A stretch of DNA of 64,000 nt, taken from assembly GCF_050920415.1 (NCBI RefSeq), contig NZ_CP169309.1; one strand, written 5' to 3'. Of this stretch, positions 12,740 through 24,575 are shown piece by piece. The notes beneath the pieces are model-generated. The model saw only the letters and a list, made by a program, of their open reading frames with translations. It searched no databases and was not told where the DNA came from. The stretch comes from Escherichia coli. GTDB lineage: Bacteria; Pseudomonadota; Gammaproteobacteria; Enterobacterales; Enterobacteriaceae. Both the position numbers and the translations under genes were made by a program. Within the stretch, counting starts at the first letter, position 1; each line of letters starts with the position of its first letter.

Positions 12740-13624
12740 ATGGCGAAAAGGGAGAACTACAACGAGCTGTACCTGCTTATGCAGGTGGTGCGGGAAGGCA
12801 GCTTTACCGCAGCGGCTCAGCGGCTGGGTCTTGCTCAGTCAGGAGTCAGCCGTTCTGTTCGCGAGCTTGAAGAAAGGCTCGGCGTCCAGCTGCTAGTGCG
12901 CACCACGCGTAAACTGTCGCTGACGCAAGCAGGCGAGCAGCTCTACCAGAAGACGGCATCTGGATTTGAAATGTTAGATCTTGGGCTTGCCACACTGGCG
13001 CACTATCGAGAGACGCCCTCCGGCACGGTGCGTATCAATGCCAGCCAGCACGCGATTGATAAATGCCTGCTGCCAAAGCTGGCGGTATTTAAACAGCGAT
13101 ATCCTGATATCCGGCTTGAACTGATAAATGAGAGCCGGTTCGTCGATATCATCGAGGAAAGATTCGATGCTGGTGTCCGCCTGGGGCCTGAAGTCGGCCA
13201 GGGTATGGTCGCGGTACGCATCACGCCCGATATGGAGATGGCAATTGTGGGGACTCCGGAACATTTTCGTCGCTATGGTTTTCCGCAAACCCCGACTGAT
13301 TTAAAGGCACATCCCTGTATCGCCTATCAGTTTGCCGACGGCAGCGTATACCAGTGGGAACTCAATCAGGATGATAAAAAAATTACCCACCGGCCTGAAG
13401 GGCAATGGGCCCTATCCGACAGCTATATGGAAGCAGAAGCCGCACGGCTGGGCCTCGGATTGGCCTATGTTCCTGTTGAACTGGTTGCGGATGATTTAGA
13501 ACACGGTAAGCTTATCAGAGTGTTGCAGCGTTACAGCCTGCGAATGGAGGGATTGTTTCTCTATTACCCTCATCGCAACGTCTCCCCCGCTCTGCGGATG
13601 GTCATTGATACATTGAAAATCTGA
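12740..13624 (+). CDS. LysR-family transcriptional regulator
   Basis: N-terminal HTH (FTAAAQRLGLAQSGVSRSVRELEERLGVQLL), 294 aa; divergent from the hydrolase gene. Confidence 0.85.
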   Translation: MAKRENYNELYLLMQVVREGSFTAAAQRLGLAQSGVSRSVRELEERLGVQLLVRTTRKLSLTQAGEQLYQKTASGFEMLDLGLATLAHYRETPSGTVRINASQHAIDKCLLPKLAVFKQRYPDIRLELINESRFVDIIEERFDAGVRLGPEVGQGMVAVRITPDMEMAIVGTPEHFRRYGFPQTPTDLKAHPCIAYQFADGSVYQWELNQDDKKITHRPEGQWALSDSYMEAEAARLGLGLAYVPVELVADDLEHGKLIRVLQRYSLRMEGLFLYYPHRNVSPALRMVIDTLKI

Positions 13625-14333
13625 ACGTTAACAACGACCGACTCTTCACTGTGCAATATTGTGTCAGGTAGTCACTCTGCGTTCAATTCCAGGGGCCGCT
13701 TTGAGCGAGAAAGAGCGGACTTATCTGTACAAGGGGACTATCCAGCAATGGAGATCACCCATAAGAAAAAAGTACCAGGCTCCCTCGACAACCTTCATCC
13801 GGGAATTTAGCCTCAATCAACATTTTTATATCTGTCAGGTTACTTCATTATGAAAACCGATCAATATCGTTGTTTTTGTTGCAATAGTAGAATACGCGTA
13901 TTTATTCCTCCATTTCTATTAATAACGGCCATAAACTGTTCACTTCACTGATATTTAAAATATGCATCCTTTTCCTGTTTTTCAAGTTGTTCAGCGGCGT
14001 AAGAAAAAGTATTAATTATGAATTCGACGATTTAACCATTTCTGTCTGATTGGTAATCATCCGTGATTAATGCTGGTCTATTGATTACGCCAGCATTAAC
14101 CGCTTAGGGATGTATTCTTCCTGATCATATACCTCCCTCGAAAAGAGAGAAAATAAAACTGTGTCCAATATTACTCTACCACTCCAGACCGAAGCATCGG
14201 TAGAATTAGCAGAACGACTGGTACAATAGATTGGGATAGCGTCATTTGTCAGGTATTCCATTGCCTGACAAATGACAATTTTGAGTCAATAGACGTGCTT
14301 CTTGATCATGTCTTAAAAATTATACCATGAGCC

Positions 14334-14564
14334 TTATGAAGCATCATTTTTACTGACTGGTGTTAACTTTGCTATCATATAAACTCTGTTCTTAAAAAAC
14401 GCGCCCAGAATTTTATATGATTTCCCTTGTTTTTCTGCCTGTAAAGAAATTTCTTTTTCAGTGCTGTTAATGGTTGAACCGACGGCAGTAATCGTTTTGG
14501 CGACGCTACTGAATGATAATAAAGACAGTGTAACCACAACAATTAAAGAACAGATAGTATTCAC
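14334..14564 (-). CDS. Small secreted protein, possibly YhcN/BhsA (DUF1471) family
   Basis: GTG start 7 nt after an AGGAG RBS; signal peptide; C-terminal pattern resembling DUF1471; lies in AT-rich DNA. Confidence 0.4.
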   Translation of the reverse strand: MNTICSLIVVVTLSLLSFSSVAKTITAVGSTINSTEKEISLQAEKQGKSYKILGAFFKNRVYMIAKLTPVSKNDAS

Positions 14565-14775
14565 GTTAATTCTCCTGACAATTGAGAGGGTGAGTTTTAT
14601 ATACATAGGTATTAAACATGAGTCATATTTACTCCAAGAGAAAATACTCCTTCTGTAATTAAACCTTCATCTCCTTCGGGGTGAGAAATACATAATGCAT
14701 CTTACTATGAAAAACAGGTGGATATAAATTTTCCTCCCTACCTATTTAATAAAACGTGAATATAAAAGTTATTCT

Positions 14776-15498
14776 TCAGTTTGCAGATGCAGTAGGTCTG
14801 ATGGTAATTTCGGTTGTATCAACGCTTTCGGGAGATTCAATAATATGCCTTACAGCACGGGCAATATCCGCGGGTTGAAGTGCAACAGAACGGTAGGCGT
14901 CCATTGACTTCATGGTTTCCACATGGGTCATGGTTGAAGCCAGTTCACTTTCTACAACCCCAGGATTTACGCAGGTCACACGGATTTTCGAGCTTTCCTG
15001 CCGTAAGCCATCAGAAATAGCCCGTACTGCAAATTTTGATGCGCAATAGACTGCGCCTGTGGGCACAACAGAAAGGGCACCAATAGAACCAAGATTGATT
15101 ATCTGACCGGAACCCTGTGCGTCCATCACCGGAAGTACAGCGCCAATTCCCCAAAGTACGCCTTTGATATTCACGTCAATAGTGAGCTCCCATTCATTTT
15201 GTTTTCCTGCTGCAAGCGGTGAAAGCGGCATAACGCCCGCATTATTGATAAGAACATAAACTCGCCCCCAGCTATCCAGCGCTGCTTGCACGAAATCTGC
15301 CATGGACTGTCGGTCTGTGACATCCAACTCCCGCGCTTTAGCAATTCCTCCTGCGCGGCAGATTTCTTTTGCAATGGCTTCGATACGCTCAAGTCTGCGT
15401 GCTCCCAGTAAAACCTTTGCACCTGTCGTTCCCAGCTCTCTGGCAATACCTTCCCCAATACCACTTGATGCGCCGGTGATTAATATGACCTTATCCAT
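14776..15498 (-). CDS. Short-chain dehydrogenase/reductase (SDR)
   Basis: TGASSGIG cofactor motif and YxxxK catalytic motif; start at ATG preceded by GAAGGAG. Confidence 0.85.
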   Translation of the reverse strand: MDKVILITGASSGIGEGIARELGTTGAKVLLGARRLERIEAIAKEICRAGGIAKARELDVTDRQSMADFVQAALDSWGRVYVLINNAGVMPLSPLAAGKQNEWELTIDVNIKGVLWGIGAVLPVMDAQGSGQIINLGSIGALSVVPTGAVYCASKFAVRAISDGLRQESSKIRVTCVNPGVVESELASTMTHVETMKSMDAYRSVALQPADIARAVRHIIESPESVDTTEITIRPTASAN

Positions 15499-15596
15499 TA
15501 CGTTCTCCTTCAAATGTGTTCGGAGAGATAATAGAACTTTATGATTGGTTCCAGTATCCTGCTTTCAATGTACTCAATGGTTAGCGGCATTAAACA

Positions 15597-16496
15597 ATGA
15601 AAATCGATCTTAATCTTTTACCCATTTTTATCGCGGTAGCAGAAGAGAGTAATTTCAGTAAAGCCGCCGCACGACTGGGCGTTACCCGTTCAGCGGTCAG
15701 TCAGGGAATAAGACGTCTTGAAGATGCATTCGGGACAATGCTTGTAATGCGGACCACGCGCTCAGTTAATTTGACGGAAGCGGGAGAACGGCTGCATAAA
15801 TCGTTGTCATTACCTTTATCCGGTATTGAGGCAGCGTTCGAAGAGATGGTCTCTGACCATGTACCACGTGGACATCTCAGAATCGCGGTGACGTCGATAG
15901 CAGAAGAATTTCTTTCAGGTCCGCTAATCGCTTCGTTTGCAGCTGCCAATCCAGCCGTTACGCTTGATATTGTTGTCACGGATGAGGAATTCGATATCGT
16001 TACCGCAGGTTACGATGCTGGCGTAAGGCTCGGAGAGGTCATTGAAAAAGACATGATTGCTGTTCCCCTTACCGGTAAGCAGCGTGAAATGGTCGTTGCC
16101 TCTCCCTCCTATCTCGCAGCCAACAGCACACCTGTTCATCCGCGCGAACTTGTGAATCATAAGTGTATCGGCTGGCGTCAGTCCCCGGAGGTTGCGCCTT
16201 ATCGCTGGCCATTTGAAGAAAACGGTAGAGCTTTCGACCTTGCGATTGAACCGCAGATTACGACGAATGATCTGCGTCTGATGTTGAGGCTGGCTCTTGC
16301 CGGCGGAGGAATAACAATTGCCACTCAGGAAACGTTCAGGCCATATATTGAAAGCGGTAAGCTTGTATCGCTGCTTGATGACTTTCTTCCACAATTTCCG
16401 GGCTTCTATCTGTATTTCCCACAGCGTCGCAATATTGCACCAAAGCTCCGCGCCCTGATTGACCACGTCAAGGAATGGCGGCAGCAATTGGCTTAA
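15597..16496 (+). CDS. LysR-family transcriptional regulator
   Basis: HTH (FSKAAARLGVTRSAVSQGIRRLE), 299 aa; divergent from the SDR gene. Confidence 0.85.
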   Translation: MKIDLNLLPIFIAVAEESNFSKAAARLGVTRSAVSQGIRRLEDAFGTMLVMRTTRSVNLTEAGERLHKSLSLPLSGIEAAFEEMVSDHVPRGHLRIAVTSIAEEFLSGPLIASFAAANPAVTLDIVVTDEEFDIVTAGYDAGVRLGEVIEKDMIAVPLTGKQREMVVASPSYLAANSTPVHPRELVNHKCIGWRQSPEVAPYRWPFEENGRAFDLAIEPQITTNDLRLMLRLALAGGGITIATQETFRPYIESGKLVSLLDDFLPQFPGFYLYFPQRRNIAPKLRALIDHVKEWRQQLA

Positions 16497-16623
16497 ATGT
16501 CTGCACCTGCACTGCCTGATGTCAGAACAGTATTTTGAGAAATTGCCAGGGTTACAATGGCACAAATATGGCACAGGAGGAAAACGTGGTGTAATTGAAT
16601 ATGAGGTAACTACTTGATTTAAA

Positions 16624-16699
16624 TGGTGCCGATAATAGGAGTCGAACCTACGACCTTCGCATTACGAATGCGCTGCTCTACCAACTGAGCTATATCGGC
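16624..16699 (-). tRNA. thrW: tRNA-Thr, anticodon CGT
   Basis: 76-nt cloverleaf reading GCCGATATAGCTCAGTTGGTAGAGC...GGTTCGACTCC...CACCA on the minus strand; anticodon loop ..CGT..; upstream of proA as in E. coli. Confidence 0.9.
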
Positions 16700-16813
16700 C
16701 CTGAAAGGACATGTTCACGAGCGTGAATCACGGTGGACAAGGTTAAAACTAACCGGGCGATGCGTCAATGGCCTTGTGAATCAAATGGCTACTTTTGCAT
16801 CACCCGGTTTTAT

Positions 16814-18067
16814 TTATGCACGAATGGTGTAATCACCAATGCCGATCCACTTGTAGGTGGTCAGAGCTTCCAGCCCCATTGGGCCGCGCGCGTGGAGTTT
16901 TTGTGTGCTTACCGCAACTTCCGCCCCCAGACCAAACTGGCCGCCGTCGGTAAAACGCGTAGAGGCGTTAACGTAAACAGCGGAGGAATCCACTTCGTTG
17001 ACAAAACGCTGGGCATTACGCATATCGCGGGTCAGGATCGCATCGGAGTGTTGCGTACCGTGTTCACGAATATGGGCGATGGCATCGTCAAGATCGCTGA
17101 CGATTTTGACGTTCAAGTCTAATGACAGGAACTCATCGTCATACTCTTCGGCTTTAACAGCCACCACCTTCGCGGGACCTGCCTGCAACTGCGCCAGCGC
17201 AGTTGCGTCAGCGTGTAATGTCACGCCGCTTTCCGCCATTTGCTTGCTTAATGCGGGCAGGAAGCTATCTGCGATGTTTTTATTTACCAGCAACGTTTCT
17301 ACCGTATTACACGTGCTCGGGCGCTGAGTTTTCGCGTTGACAATCACTTTCAATGCTTCAGCGATCTCTGCACTTTCATCAACGTAAATATGGCATACGC
17401 CTATACCACCTGTGATTACCGGAATCGTCGACTGCTCGCGGCACAGTTTATGCAAACCAGCCCCGCCGCGTGGGATCAGCATGTCGATGTATTTATCCAT
17501 ACGCAGCATTTCACTGACCAGTGCACGGTCAGGATTATCAATCGCCTGCACGGCACCCGCCGGTAATCCGCAGGAATTCAGAGCATCCTGAATCACCGCT
17601 ACCGTTGCAGCATTAGTGCGGCAGGTTTCTTTACCGCCACGCAGAATCACCGCGTTACCGGTTTTCAGGCACAGTGAAGCAACATCAACCGTCACGTTCG
17701 GGCGCGCTTCATAAATCACGCCAATCACCCCCAGCGGCACGCGACGGCGTTCCAGGCGCAGGCCACTGTCCAGCACGCCACCATCAATCACCTGCCCCAC
17801 TGGATCGGCGAGGTTACACACCTGGCGCACATCATCGGCAATGCTTTTCAGCCGTGCGGGCGTCAGTGCCAGGCGGTCAAGCATCGCGTCACTAAGACCA
17901 TTGGCACGCGCGTCAGCAACATCCTGGGCGTTAGCATTGAGGATGCTTTCGCTTTGTGCTTCCAGTTCATCGGCGATTTTTTCCAGCACGCGATTTTTTT
18001 CGCGGCTGGAGAGTTGCGCTAATTTATACGAGGCTTGCTTCGCGGCAATGCCCATTTTTTCCAGCAT
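16814..18067 (-). CDS. proA: Gamma-glutamyl phosphate reductase
   Basis: 417 aa, recognisable ProA sequence. Confidence 0.95.
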   Translation of the reverse strand: MLEKMGIAAKQASYKLAQLSSREKNRVLEKIADELEAQSESILNANAQDVADARANGLSDAMLDRLALTPARLKSIADDVRQVCNLADPVGQVIDGGVLDSGLRLERRRVPLGVIGVIYEARPNVTVDVASLCLKTGNAVILRGGKETCRTNAATVAVIQDALNSCGLPAGAVQAIDNPDRALVSEMLRMDKYIDMLIPRGGAGLHKLCREQSTIPVITGGIGVCHIYVDESAEIAEALKVIVNAKTQRPSTCNTVETLLVNKNIADSFLPALSKQMAESGVTLHADATALAQLQAGPAKVVAVKAEEYDDEFLSLDLNVKIVSDLDDAIAHIREHGTQHSDAILTRDMRNAQRFVNEVDSSAVYVNASTRFTDGGQFGLGAEVAVSTQKLHARGPMGLEALTTYKWIGIGDYTIRA

Positions 18068-18078
18068 CGGCCTGCTCC

Positions 18079-19182
18079 TTAACGGGTAATCATGTCATCA
18101 CGGTGAACGGCAACCGGGCCGTATTCATATCCCAGTATTGCATCAATTTCTTGCGAGTGGTGTCCGGCAATACGGCGTAATGCATCGCTGTTGTAACGAC
18201 TGACGCCGTGGGCGATATCGCGACCTTCGAGGTTGCAAATGCGAATGACTTCACCACGCGAGAAGTTGCCGGTTACGCTTTTAATGCCTTTCGGCAACAG
18301 GGAGCTGCCGCGTTCAAGAATGGCGGCGGTTGCCCCTTCATCTACCGTGATTTCACCCGCAGGTGGCGCACCAAAAATCCAGCGTTTACGGTTTTCAAGC
18401 GGAGTTGCCTGGGCATGGAACAGCGTACCGACGGAAATGCCTTCCATCACATCACCAATGACGCCCGGCTTGCTGCCCGCGGCAATAATGGTGTCGATAC
18501 CCGCGCGGCAAGCCACGTCAGCGGCCTGCAATTTGGTGCTCATGCCGCCGGTTCCAAGACCTGAAACGCTGTCACCGGCAATCGCGCGCAGAGCGTCATC
18601 AATGCCGTACACATCTTTAATCAGTTCTGCCTGCGGATTGCTACGCGGGTCAGCGGTATACAAACCTTTTTGATCGGTCAGCAACAACAGTTTATCGGCA
18701 CCGGCCAGAATCGCCGCCAGTGCCGAAAGGTTATCGTTATCGCCGACTTTAATCTCTGCAGTAGCGACAGCATCGTTCTCATTGATTACCGGAACGATGT
18801 TGTTATCGAGCAGTGCACGCAAGGTGTCGCGGGCGTTCAGGAAGCGTTCACGGTCTTCCATATCAGCACGAGTTAGCAGCATCTGCCCGACGTGAATACC
18901 ATAAATCGAAAACAGCTGTTCCCACAGTTGAATCAGTCGACTCTGCCCTACCGCCGCCAGAAGTTGTTTCGAGGCGATAGTCGCTGGCAGTTCCGGGTAA
19001 CCCAGGTGCTCACGTCCGGCGGCAATCGCCCCCGACGTCACAATTACAATCCGATGCCCGGCGGCATGTAGCTGCGCGCACTGGCGAACAAGTTCAACGA
19101 TATGGGCACGGTTCAGGCGGCGCGATCCGCCTGTTAGCACACTGGTGCCGAGTTTTACCACCAGCGTCTGGCTGTCACTCAT
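18079..19182 (-). CDS. proB: Glutamate 5-kinase
   Basis: Start at internal ATG ([19 protein letters not shown]...) gives the canonical 367 aa. Confidence 0.95.
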
Positions 19183-19370
19183 GATTCTCTGCCATTCAAT
19201 TTTAGGGAAAATGATATCAAACGAACGTTTTAGCAGGACTGTCGCCGGTTGCCAACCATCTGCAAGCAAAGCATGGCGTTTTGTTGCGCGGGATCAGCAA
19301 GCGTAGCGGCAGTTGTTTACGCTTTTATTACAGATTTAATAAATTACCACATTTTAAGAATATCATTAAT

Positions 19371-19392
19371 CTGTAATATATCTTTAACAATC
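19371..19392 (+). promoter_or_regulatory. Pho box (PhoB binding site) of the phoE promoter
   Basis: ctgtaatatatctttaacaatc about 80 bp upstream of the phoE start; direct CTGT..-type repeats. Confidence 0.45.
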
Positions 19393-19469
19393 TCAGGTTA
19401 AAAACTTTCCTGTTTTCAACGGGACACTCCCGCTGAATATTCGCGCGTTAATTAAAATCAGGAATGAAA

Positions 19470-20525
19470 ATGAAAAAGAGCACTCTGGCATTAGTGGTGA
19501 TGGGCATTGTGGCATCGGCATCCGTACAGGCCGCAGAAATATATAACAAAGACGGTAATAAACTGGATATCTATGGCAAAGTTAAAGCCATGCATTATAT
19601 GAGTGATAATGACAGTAAAGATGGCGACCAAAGTTATATCCGTTTTGGTTTTAAAGGCGAAACACAAATTAACGATCAACTGACCGGTTATGGTCGCTGG
19701 GAAGCCGAGTTTGCCGGAAATAAAGCAGAGAGTGATACTGCTCAGCAAAAAACGCGTCTTGCCTTTGCCGGGTTGAAATATAAAGATTTGGGTTCTTTCG
19801 ACTATGGTCGTAACCTGGGGGCGCTGTATGACGTGGAAGCATGGACCGATATGTTCCCGGAATTCGGCGGCGATTCCTCCGCGCAGACCGACAACTTTAT
19901 GACCAAACGCGCCAGCGGACTGGCAACGTATCGGAACACCGACTTCTTCGGCGTTATCGATGGTCTGAACTTAACCCTGCAATATCAAGGAAAAAACGAA
20001 AACCGCGACGTTAAAAAGCAAAACGGTGATGGCTTCGGCACGTCATTGACATATGACTTTGGCGGCAGCGATTTCGCCATTAGTGGGGCCTATACCAACT
20101 CCGATCGCACCAACGAGCAGAACCTGCAAAGCCGTGGCACGGGCAAGCGTGCAGAAGCATGGGCAACAGGCCTGAAATACGATGCCAATAATATTTACCT
20201 GGCAACTTTCTATTCTGAAACGCGTAAAATGACGCCAATCTCTGGCGGCTTTGCCAATAAGACGCAGAACTTTGAAGCAGTCGCTCAATACCAATTCGAC
20301 TTTGGCCTGCGTCCATCGCTGGGTTATGTCTTATCGAAAGGGAAAGATATTGAGGGCATCGGTGATGAGGATCTGGTCAATTATATTGATGTCGGTGCTA
20401 CATATTATTTCAACAAAAATATGTCAGCGTTTGTTGATTATAAAATCAACCAACTGGACAGCGATAACAAATTAAATATTAATAATGATGATATTGTCGC
20501 GGTTGGGATGACCTATCAGTTTTAA
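19470..20525 (+). CDS. phoE: Phosphate-starvation outer-membrane porin
   Basis: Signal peptide [21 protein letters not shown]; start at second ATG gives 351 aa. Confidence 0.95.
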   Translation: MKKSTLALVVMGIVASASVQAAEIYNKDGNKLDIYGKVKAMHYMSDNDSKDGDQSYIRFGFKGETQINDQLTGYGRWEAEFAGNKAESDTAQQKTRLAFAGLKYKDLGSFDYGRNLGALYDVEAWTDMFPEFGGDSSAQTDNFMTKRASGLATYRNTDFFGVIDGLNLTLQYQGKNENRDVKKQNGDGFGTSLTYDFGGSDFAISGAYTNSDRTNEQNLQSRGTGKRAEAWATGLKYDANNIYLATFYSETRKMTPISGGFANKTQNFEAVAQYQFDFGLRPSLGYVLSKGKDIEGIGDEDLVNYIDVGATYYFNKNMSAFVDYKINQLDSDNKLNINNDDIVAVGMTYQF

Positions 20526-20563
20526 TGGAGATTGCCGGATGCGGCGCATCCGGCACTTTTCAC

Positions 20564-21022
<459 letters not shown>

Positions 21023-22267
21023 TTAACACAATCGTTTTTCGATCCAGCTCGTGATTTCCTGAAGACCTTTGTCAAAATTCCGATACACCGGATTAAATGG
21101 AATCTCTAACAATTTACCATCAGCAGATGATGAGGTGATTAAGCGTGAGTCCTCTTCCGGGCTGAACGGATCGTTCTTCCAGTAGCCTGATAACATTGGC
21201 GTTGGGCAGCGACGGCCCAGCAATCCTTGCACTTTTAATGAATAACGATTCAGTTCCACACGCAACGCTTCATCGGAAGCATCATGCATCCCCAAACGAC
21301 TCGCCAGAACGTCAAGATACATTTCCGGCACCTGTTGCTGGCACTTAAAATCACTCAACAGGGTATGAACTACTGGACCAAGACAAGCAACCGCTTTCAG
21401 ACGCGGCGATTCAAGATATGCCAGACGCACAGCAACGTTAGCGCCAAAACGGAAACCAAAGGCCGCGACACGGGTGTGATCCACCCACGGGACGTTAGGC
21501 AGCGCCTTTAAGACGTGCTGATGCAACAGGCTGGAGTCCTGAGTGAGCTTCCATTTTGAAGAAAAGCCCACCGACGGCATATCAATAGTCAGCATCGCAA
21601 TGCCGCGCGGGGCAAAATAACGTTCATACAGACTGTAATAATCCGTCTGCATCGCATCCAGACCACCACACATTAATACCGTCGGGAACGGGCCATCGCC
21701 TTTCGGCATATGCAAAAAGCCGGTGATGGGCGCACCGCCTGGTACGGTAAACTCCATCTGCCGCATCGTGCCCGGCAGACGTTGGGCGGCCTCTTCATAG
21801 GCACGGTTTGACAAAGCCTGCGCTTGCTCGGCCAGGTCATCCCCTTTCAGATGAGGATAGGCGGCAATGTTGTACAACGTGGCCGCATGCAGCCAGTGAC
21901 GACCACTGAGTTGTGGATCTTCTTCCGCACAAGCTTTTTGTTGCCACACCATCGCCTGGGTGGCCCATTCATAAATCCAGTTGCCGCCGCGGTAGCCAAT
22001 CACCGTATCGTATAAATCATCGTCGGTACGTTCAGCATCGCTCATCACAATACGCGCCTGAACGTCGAGGATTTCACGTGGGTCAATGCCGCGCCAGATC
22101 CACATCAGACGGTTTATCATGCGATACCAGTGGGGGATGGTTTTACCATCAAGGGCCGACTGCACAGGCGGTTGTGCGCCGTGATTAAAGCGGCGGACTA
22201 GCGTCGAGGTTTCAGGATGTTTAAAGCGGGGTTTGAACAGGGTTTCGCTCAGGTTTGCCTGTGTCAT
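21023..22267 (-). CDS. frsA: Esterase FrsA
   Basis: 414 aa alpha/beta hydrolase; synteny crl-frsA-gpt. Confidence 0.9.
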   Translation of the reverse strand: MTQANLSETLFKPRFKHPETSTLVRRFNHGAQPPVQSALDGKTIPHWYRMINRLMWIWRGIDPREILDVQARIVMSDAERTDDDLYDTVIGYRGGNWIYEWATQAMVWQQKACAEEDPQLSGRHWLHAATLYNIAAYPHLKGDDLAEQAQALSNRAYEEAAQRLPGTMRQMEFTVPGGAPITGFLHMPKGDGPFPTVLMCGGLDAMQTDYYSLYERYFAPRGIAMLTIDMPSVGFSSKWKLTQDSSLLHQHVLKALPNVPWVDHTRVAAFGFRFGANVAVRLAYLESPRLKAVACLGPVVHTLLSDFKCQQQVPEMYLDVLASRLGMHDASDEALRVELNRYSLKVQGLLGRRCPTPMLSGYWKNDPFSPEEDSRLITSSSADGKLLEIPFNPVYRNFDKGLQEITSWIEKRLC

Positions 22268-22358
22268 GGATGCAGCCTCCAGAATACTTACTGGAAACTA
22301 TTGTAACCTGCCTGAAGTTAAAAAGAACAACGCCCGGCAGTGCCAGGCGTTGAAAAGA

Positions 22359-22817
22359 TTAGCGACCGGAGATTGGCGGGACGAATACGACGCCCATATC
22401 CCACGGTTGTTCAATCCAGGTATCTTGTGGGATATCAACAACATAATCATCAACCAGCGGACGACCTGCCGGTTTAGCGAAGATGGTGACAAAGTGCGCT
22501 TTTGGATACATTTCACGAATCGCAACCGCAGTACCGCCGGTATCCACCAGATCATCAATAACGATGAAGCCTTCGCCATCGCCTTCTGCGCGTTTCAGCA
22601 CTTTAAGCTCGCGCTGGTTGTCGTGATCGTAGCTGGAAATACAAACGGTATCGACATGACGAATACCCAGTTCACGCGCCAGTAACGCACCCGGTACCAG
22701 ACCGCCACGGCTTACGGCAATAATGCCTTTCCATTGTTCAGAAGGCATCAGTCGGCTTGCGAGTTTACGTGCATGGATCTGCAACATGTCCCAGGTGACG
22801 ATGTATTTTTCGCTCAT
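22359..22817 (-). CDS. gpt: Xanthine-guanine phosphoribosyltransferase
   Basis: 152 aa, PRPP-binding motif ([11 protein letters not shown]). Confidence 0.95.
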
Positions 22818-23077
22818 GTGAAGTGTCCCAGCCTGTTTATCTACGGCTTAAAAAGTGTTCGAGGGGAAAATAGGTTGCGCGAGATTATAGAGATCTGACG
22901 CACTAAAAACCAGTATTTCACATGAGTCCGCGTCTTTTTACGCACAGCCTCTCCCTGACGCGGGATAAAGTGGTATTCTCAAACATATCTCGCAAGCCTG
23001 TCTTGTGTTGACAACATTTTCTGCTAACCCTGTGACCTGCAATACTGTTTTGCGGGTGATCGACAAGGAGACTTAAC

Positions 23078-24535
23078 GTGTCTGAACTGTCTCAATTATC
23101 TCCACAGCCGCTGTGGGATATTTTTGCCAAAATCTGTTCTATTCCTCACCCGTCCTATCATGAAGAGCAACTCGCTGAATACATTGTTGGTTGGGCAAAA
23201 GAGAAAGGTTTCCATGTCGAACGCGATCAGGTGGGTAATATCCTGATTCGTAAACCTGCTACCGCAGGTATGGAAAATCGTAAACCAGTCGTCTTGCAGG
23301 CCCACCTCGATATGGTGCCGCAGAAAAATAACGATACCGTGCACGATTTCACTAAAGATCCTATCCAGCCTTATATTGATGGCGAATGGGTTAAAGCGCG
23401 CGGTACCACGCTGGGCGCGGATAACGGCATTGGTATGGCCTCTGCACTGGCGGTTCTGGCTGACGAAAACGTGGTTCACGGCCCGCTGGAAGTGCTGCTA
23501 ACCATGACCGAAGAAGCCGGTATGGACGGGGCGTTCGGCTTACAGAGCAACTGGTTGCAGGCTGACATTCTGATTAACACCGACTCCGAAGAAGAAGGTG
23601 AAATCTACATGGGTTGTGCTGGGGGGATCGACTTCACCTCCAACCTGCATTTAGATCGTGAAGCCGTTCCGGCTGGTTTTGAAACCTTCAAATTAACCTT
23701 AAAAGGTCTGAAAGGCGGTCACTCCGGCGGTGAAATCCACGTTGGCCTGGGTAACGCGAACAAACTGCTGGTGCGCTTCCTGGCGGGACATGCAGAAGAA
23801 CTGGACCTGCGTCTTATCGATTTCAACGGCGGCACACTGCGTAACGCCATCCCGCGTGAAGCCTTTGCGACCATTGCTGTCGCAGCTGATAAAGTCGACG
23901 CGCTGAAAACGCTGGTGAATACCTATCAGGACATCCTGAAAAACGAGCTGGCAGAGAAAGAGAAAAATCTGGCCTTGTTGCTGGACTCTGTTGCGAACGA
24001 TAAAGCTGCCCTGATTGCGAAATCTCGCGATACCTTTATTCGTCTGTTGAACGCCACCCCTAACGGTGTGATCCGCAACTCCGACGTAGCAAAAGGCGTG
24101 GTTGAAACCTCACTGAACGTCGGTGTCGTGACCATGACCGACAACAACGTAGAAATTCACTGCCTGATCCGTTCTCTGATCGACAGCGGTAAAGACTACG
24201 TGGTGAGCATGCTGGATTCGCTGGGTAAACTGGCAGGCGCGAAAACAGAAGCGAAAGGCGCATATCCTGGCTGGCAGCCGGACGCTAACTCCCCGGTGAT
24301 GCATCTGGTACGCGAAACCTATCAGCGTCTGTTCAACAAGACGCCGAACATCCAGATTATCCACGCGGGTCTGGAATGTGGTCTGTTTAAAAAGCCGTAT
24401 CCGGAAATGGACATGGTTTCTATCGGGCCAACCATTACCGGTCCACACTCTCCGGATGAGCAAGTTCACATCGAAAGCGTAGGCCATTACTGGACACTGC
24501 TGACTGAACTGCTGAAAGAAATTCCGGCGAAGTAA
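23078..24535 (+). CDS. pepD: Cytosol non-specific dipeptidase (aminoacyl-histidine dipeptidase)
   Basis: 485 aa, recognisable PepD sequence. Confidence 0.95.
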   Translation: MSELSQLSPQPLWDIFAKICSIPHPSYHEEQLAEYIVGWAKEKGFHVERDQVGNILIRKPATAGMENRKPVVLQAHLDMVPQKNNDTVHDFTKDPIQPYIDGEWVKARGTTLGADNGIGMASALAVLADENVVHGPLEVLLTMTEEAGMDGAFGLQSNWLQADILINTDSEEEGEIYMGCAGGIDFTSNLHLDREAVPAGFETFKLTLKGLKGGHSGGEIHVGLGNANKLLVRFLAGHAEELDLRLIDFNGGTLRNAIPREAFATIAVAADKVDALKTLVNTYQDILKNELAEKEKNLALLLDSVANDKAALIAKSRDTFIRLLNATPNGVIRNSDVAKGVVETSLNVGVVTMTDNNVEIHCLIRSLIDSGKDYVVSMLDSLGKLAGAKTEAKGAYPGWQPDANSPVMHLVRETYQRLFNKTPNIQIIHAGLECGLFKKPYPEMDMVSIGPTITGPHSPDEQVHIESVGHYWTLLTELLKEIPAK

Positions 24536-24545
24536 TTACAATAAT

Positions 24546-24575
24546 GTCCACGCCTGCGGGCGTGGACTACTGTTT
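24546..24575 (+). terminator. Rho-independent terminator of pepD
   Basis: 9-bp stem gtccacgcc / ggcgtggac with a 4-nt loop, then a T-containing tail. Confidence 0.55.

Noticed and set aside
10030-16620. Prophage or integrative element at thrW
   Set aside because: No integrase, transposase, phage structural genes or direct repeat of the tRNA 3-prime end were found; the region is described as an accessory stretch only.
16624-16640. gccgataa-like match to a sigma-28 -10 element
   Set aside because: It lies inside the tRNA-Thr 3-prime end. I also could not find a convincing TAAAGTTT-N11-GCCGATAA promoter upstream of lafA or lfgM, so no sigma-28 promoter is annotated.
16733-17122. 129-aa ORF on the plus strand
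   Set aside because: Antisense overlap with the proA coding region; no independent support.
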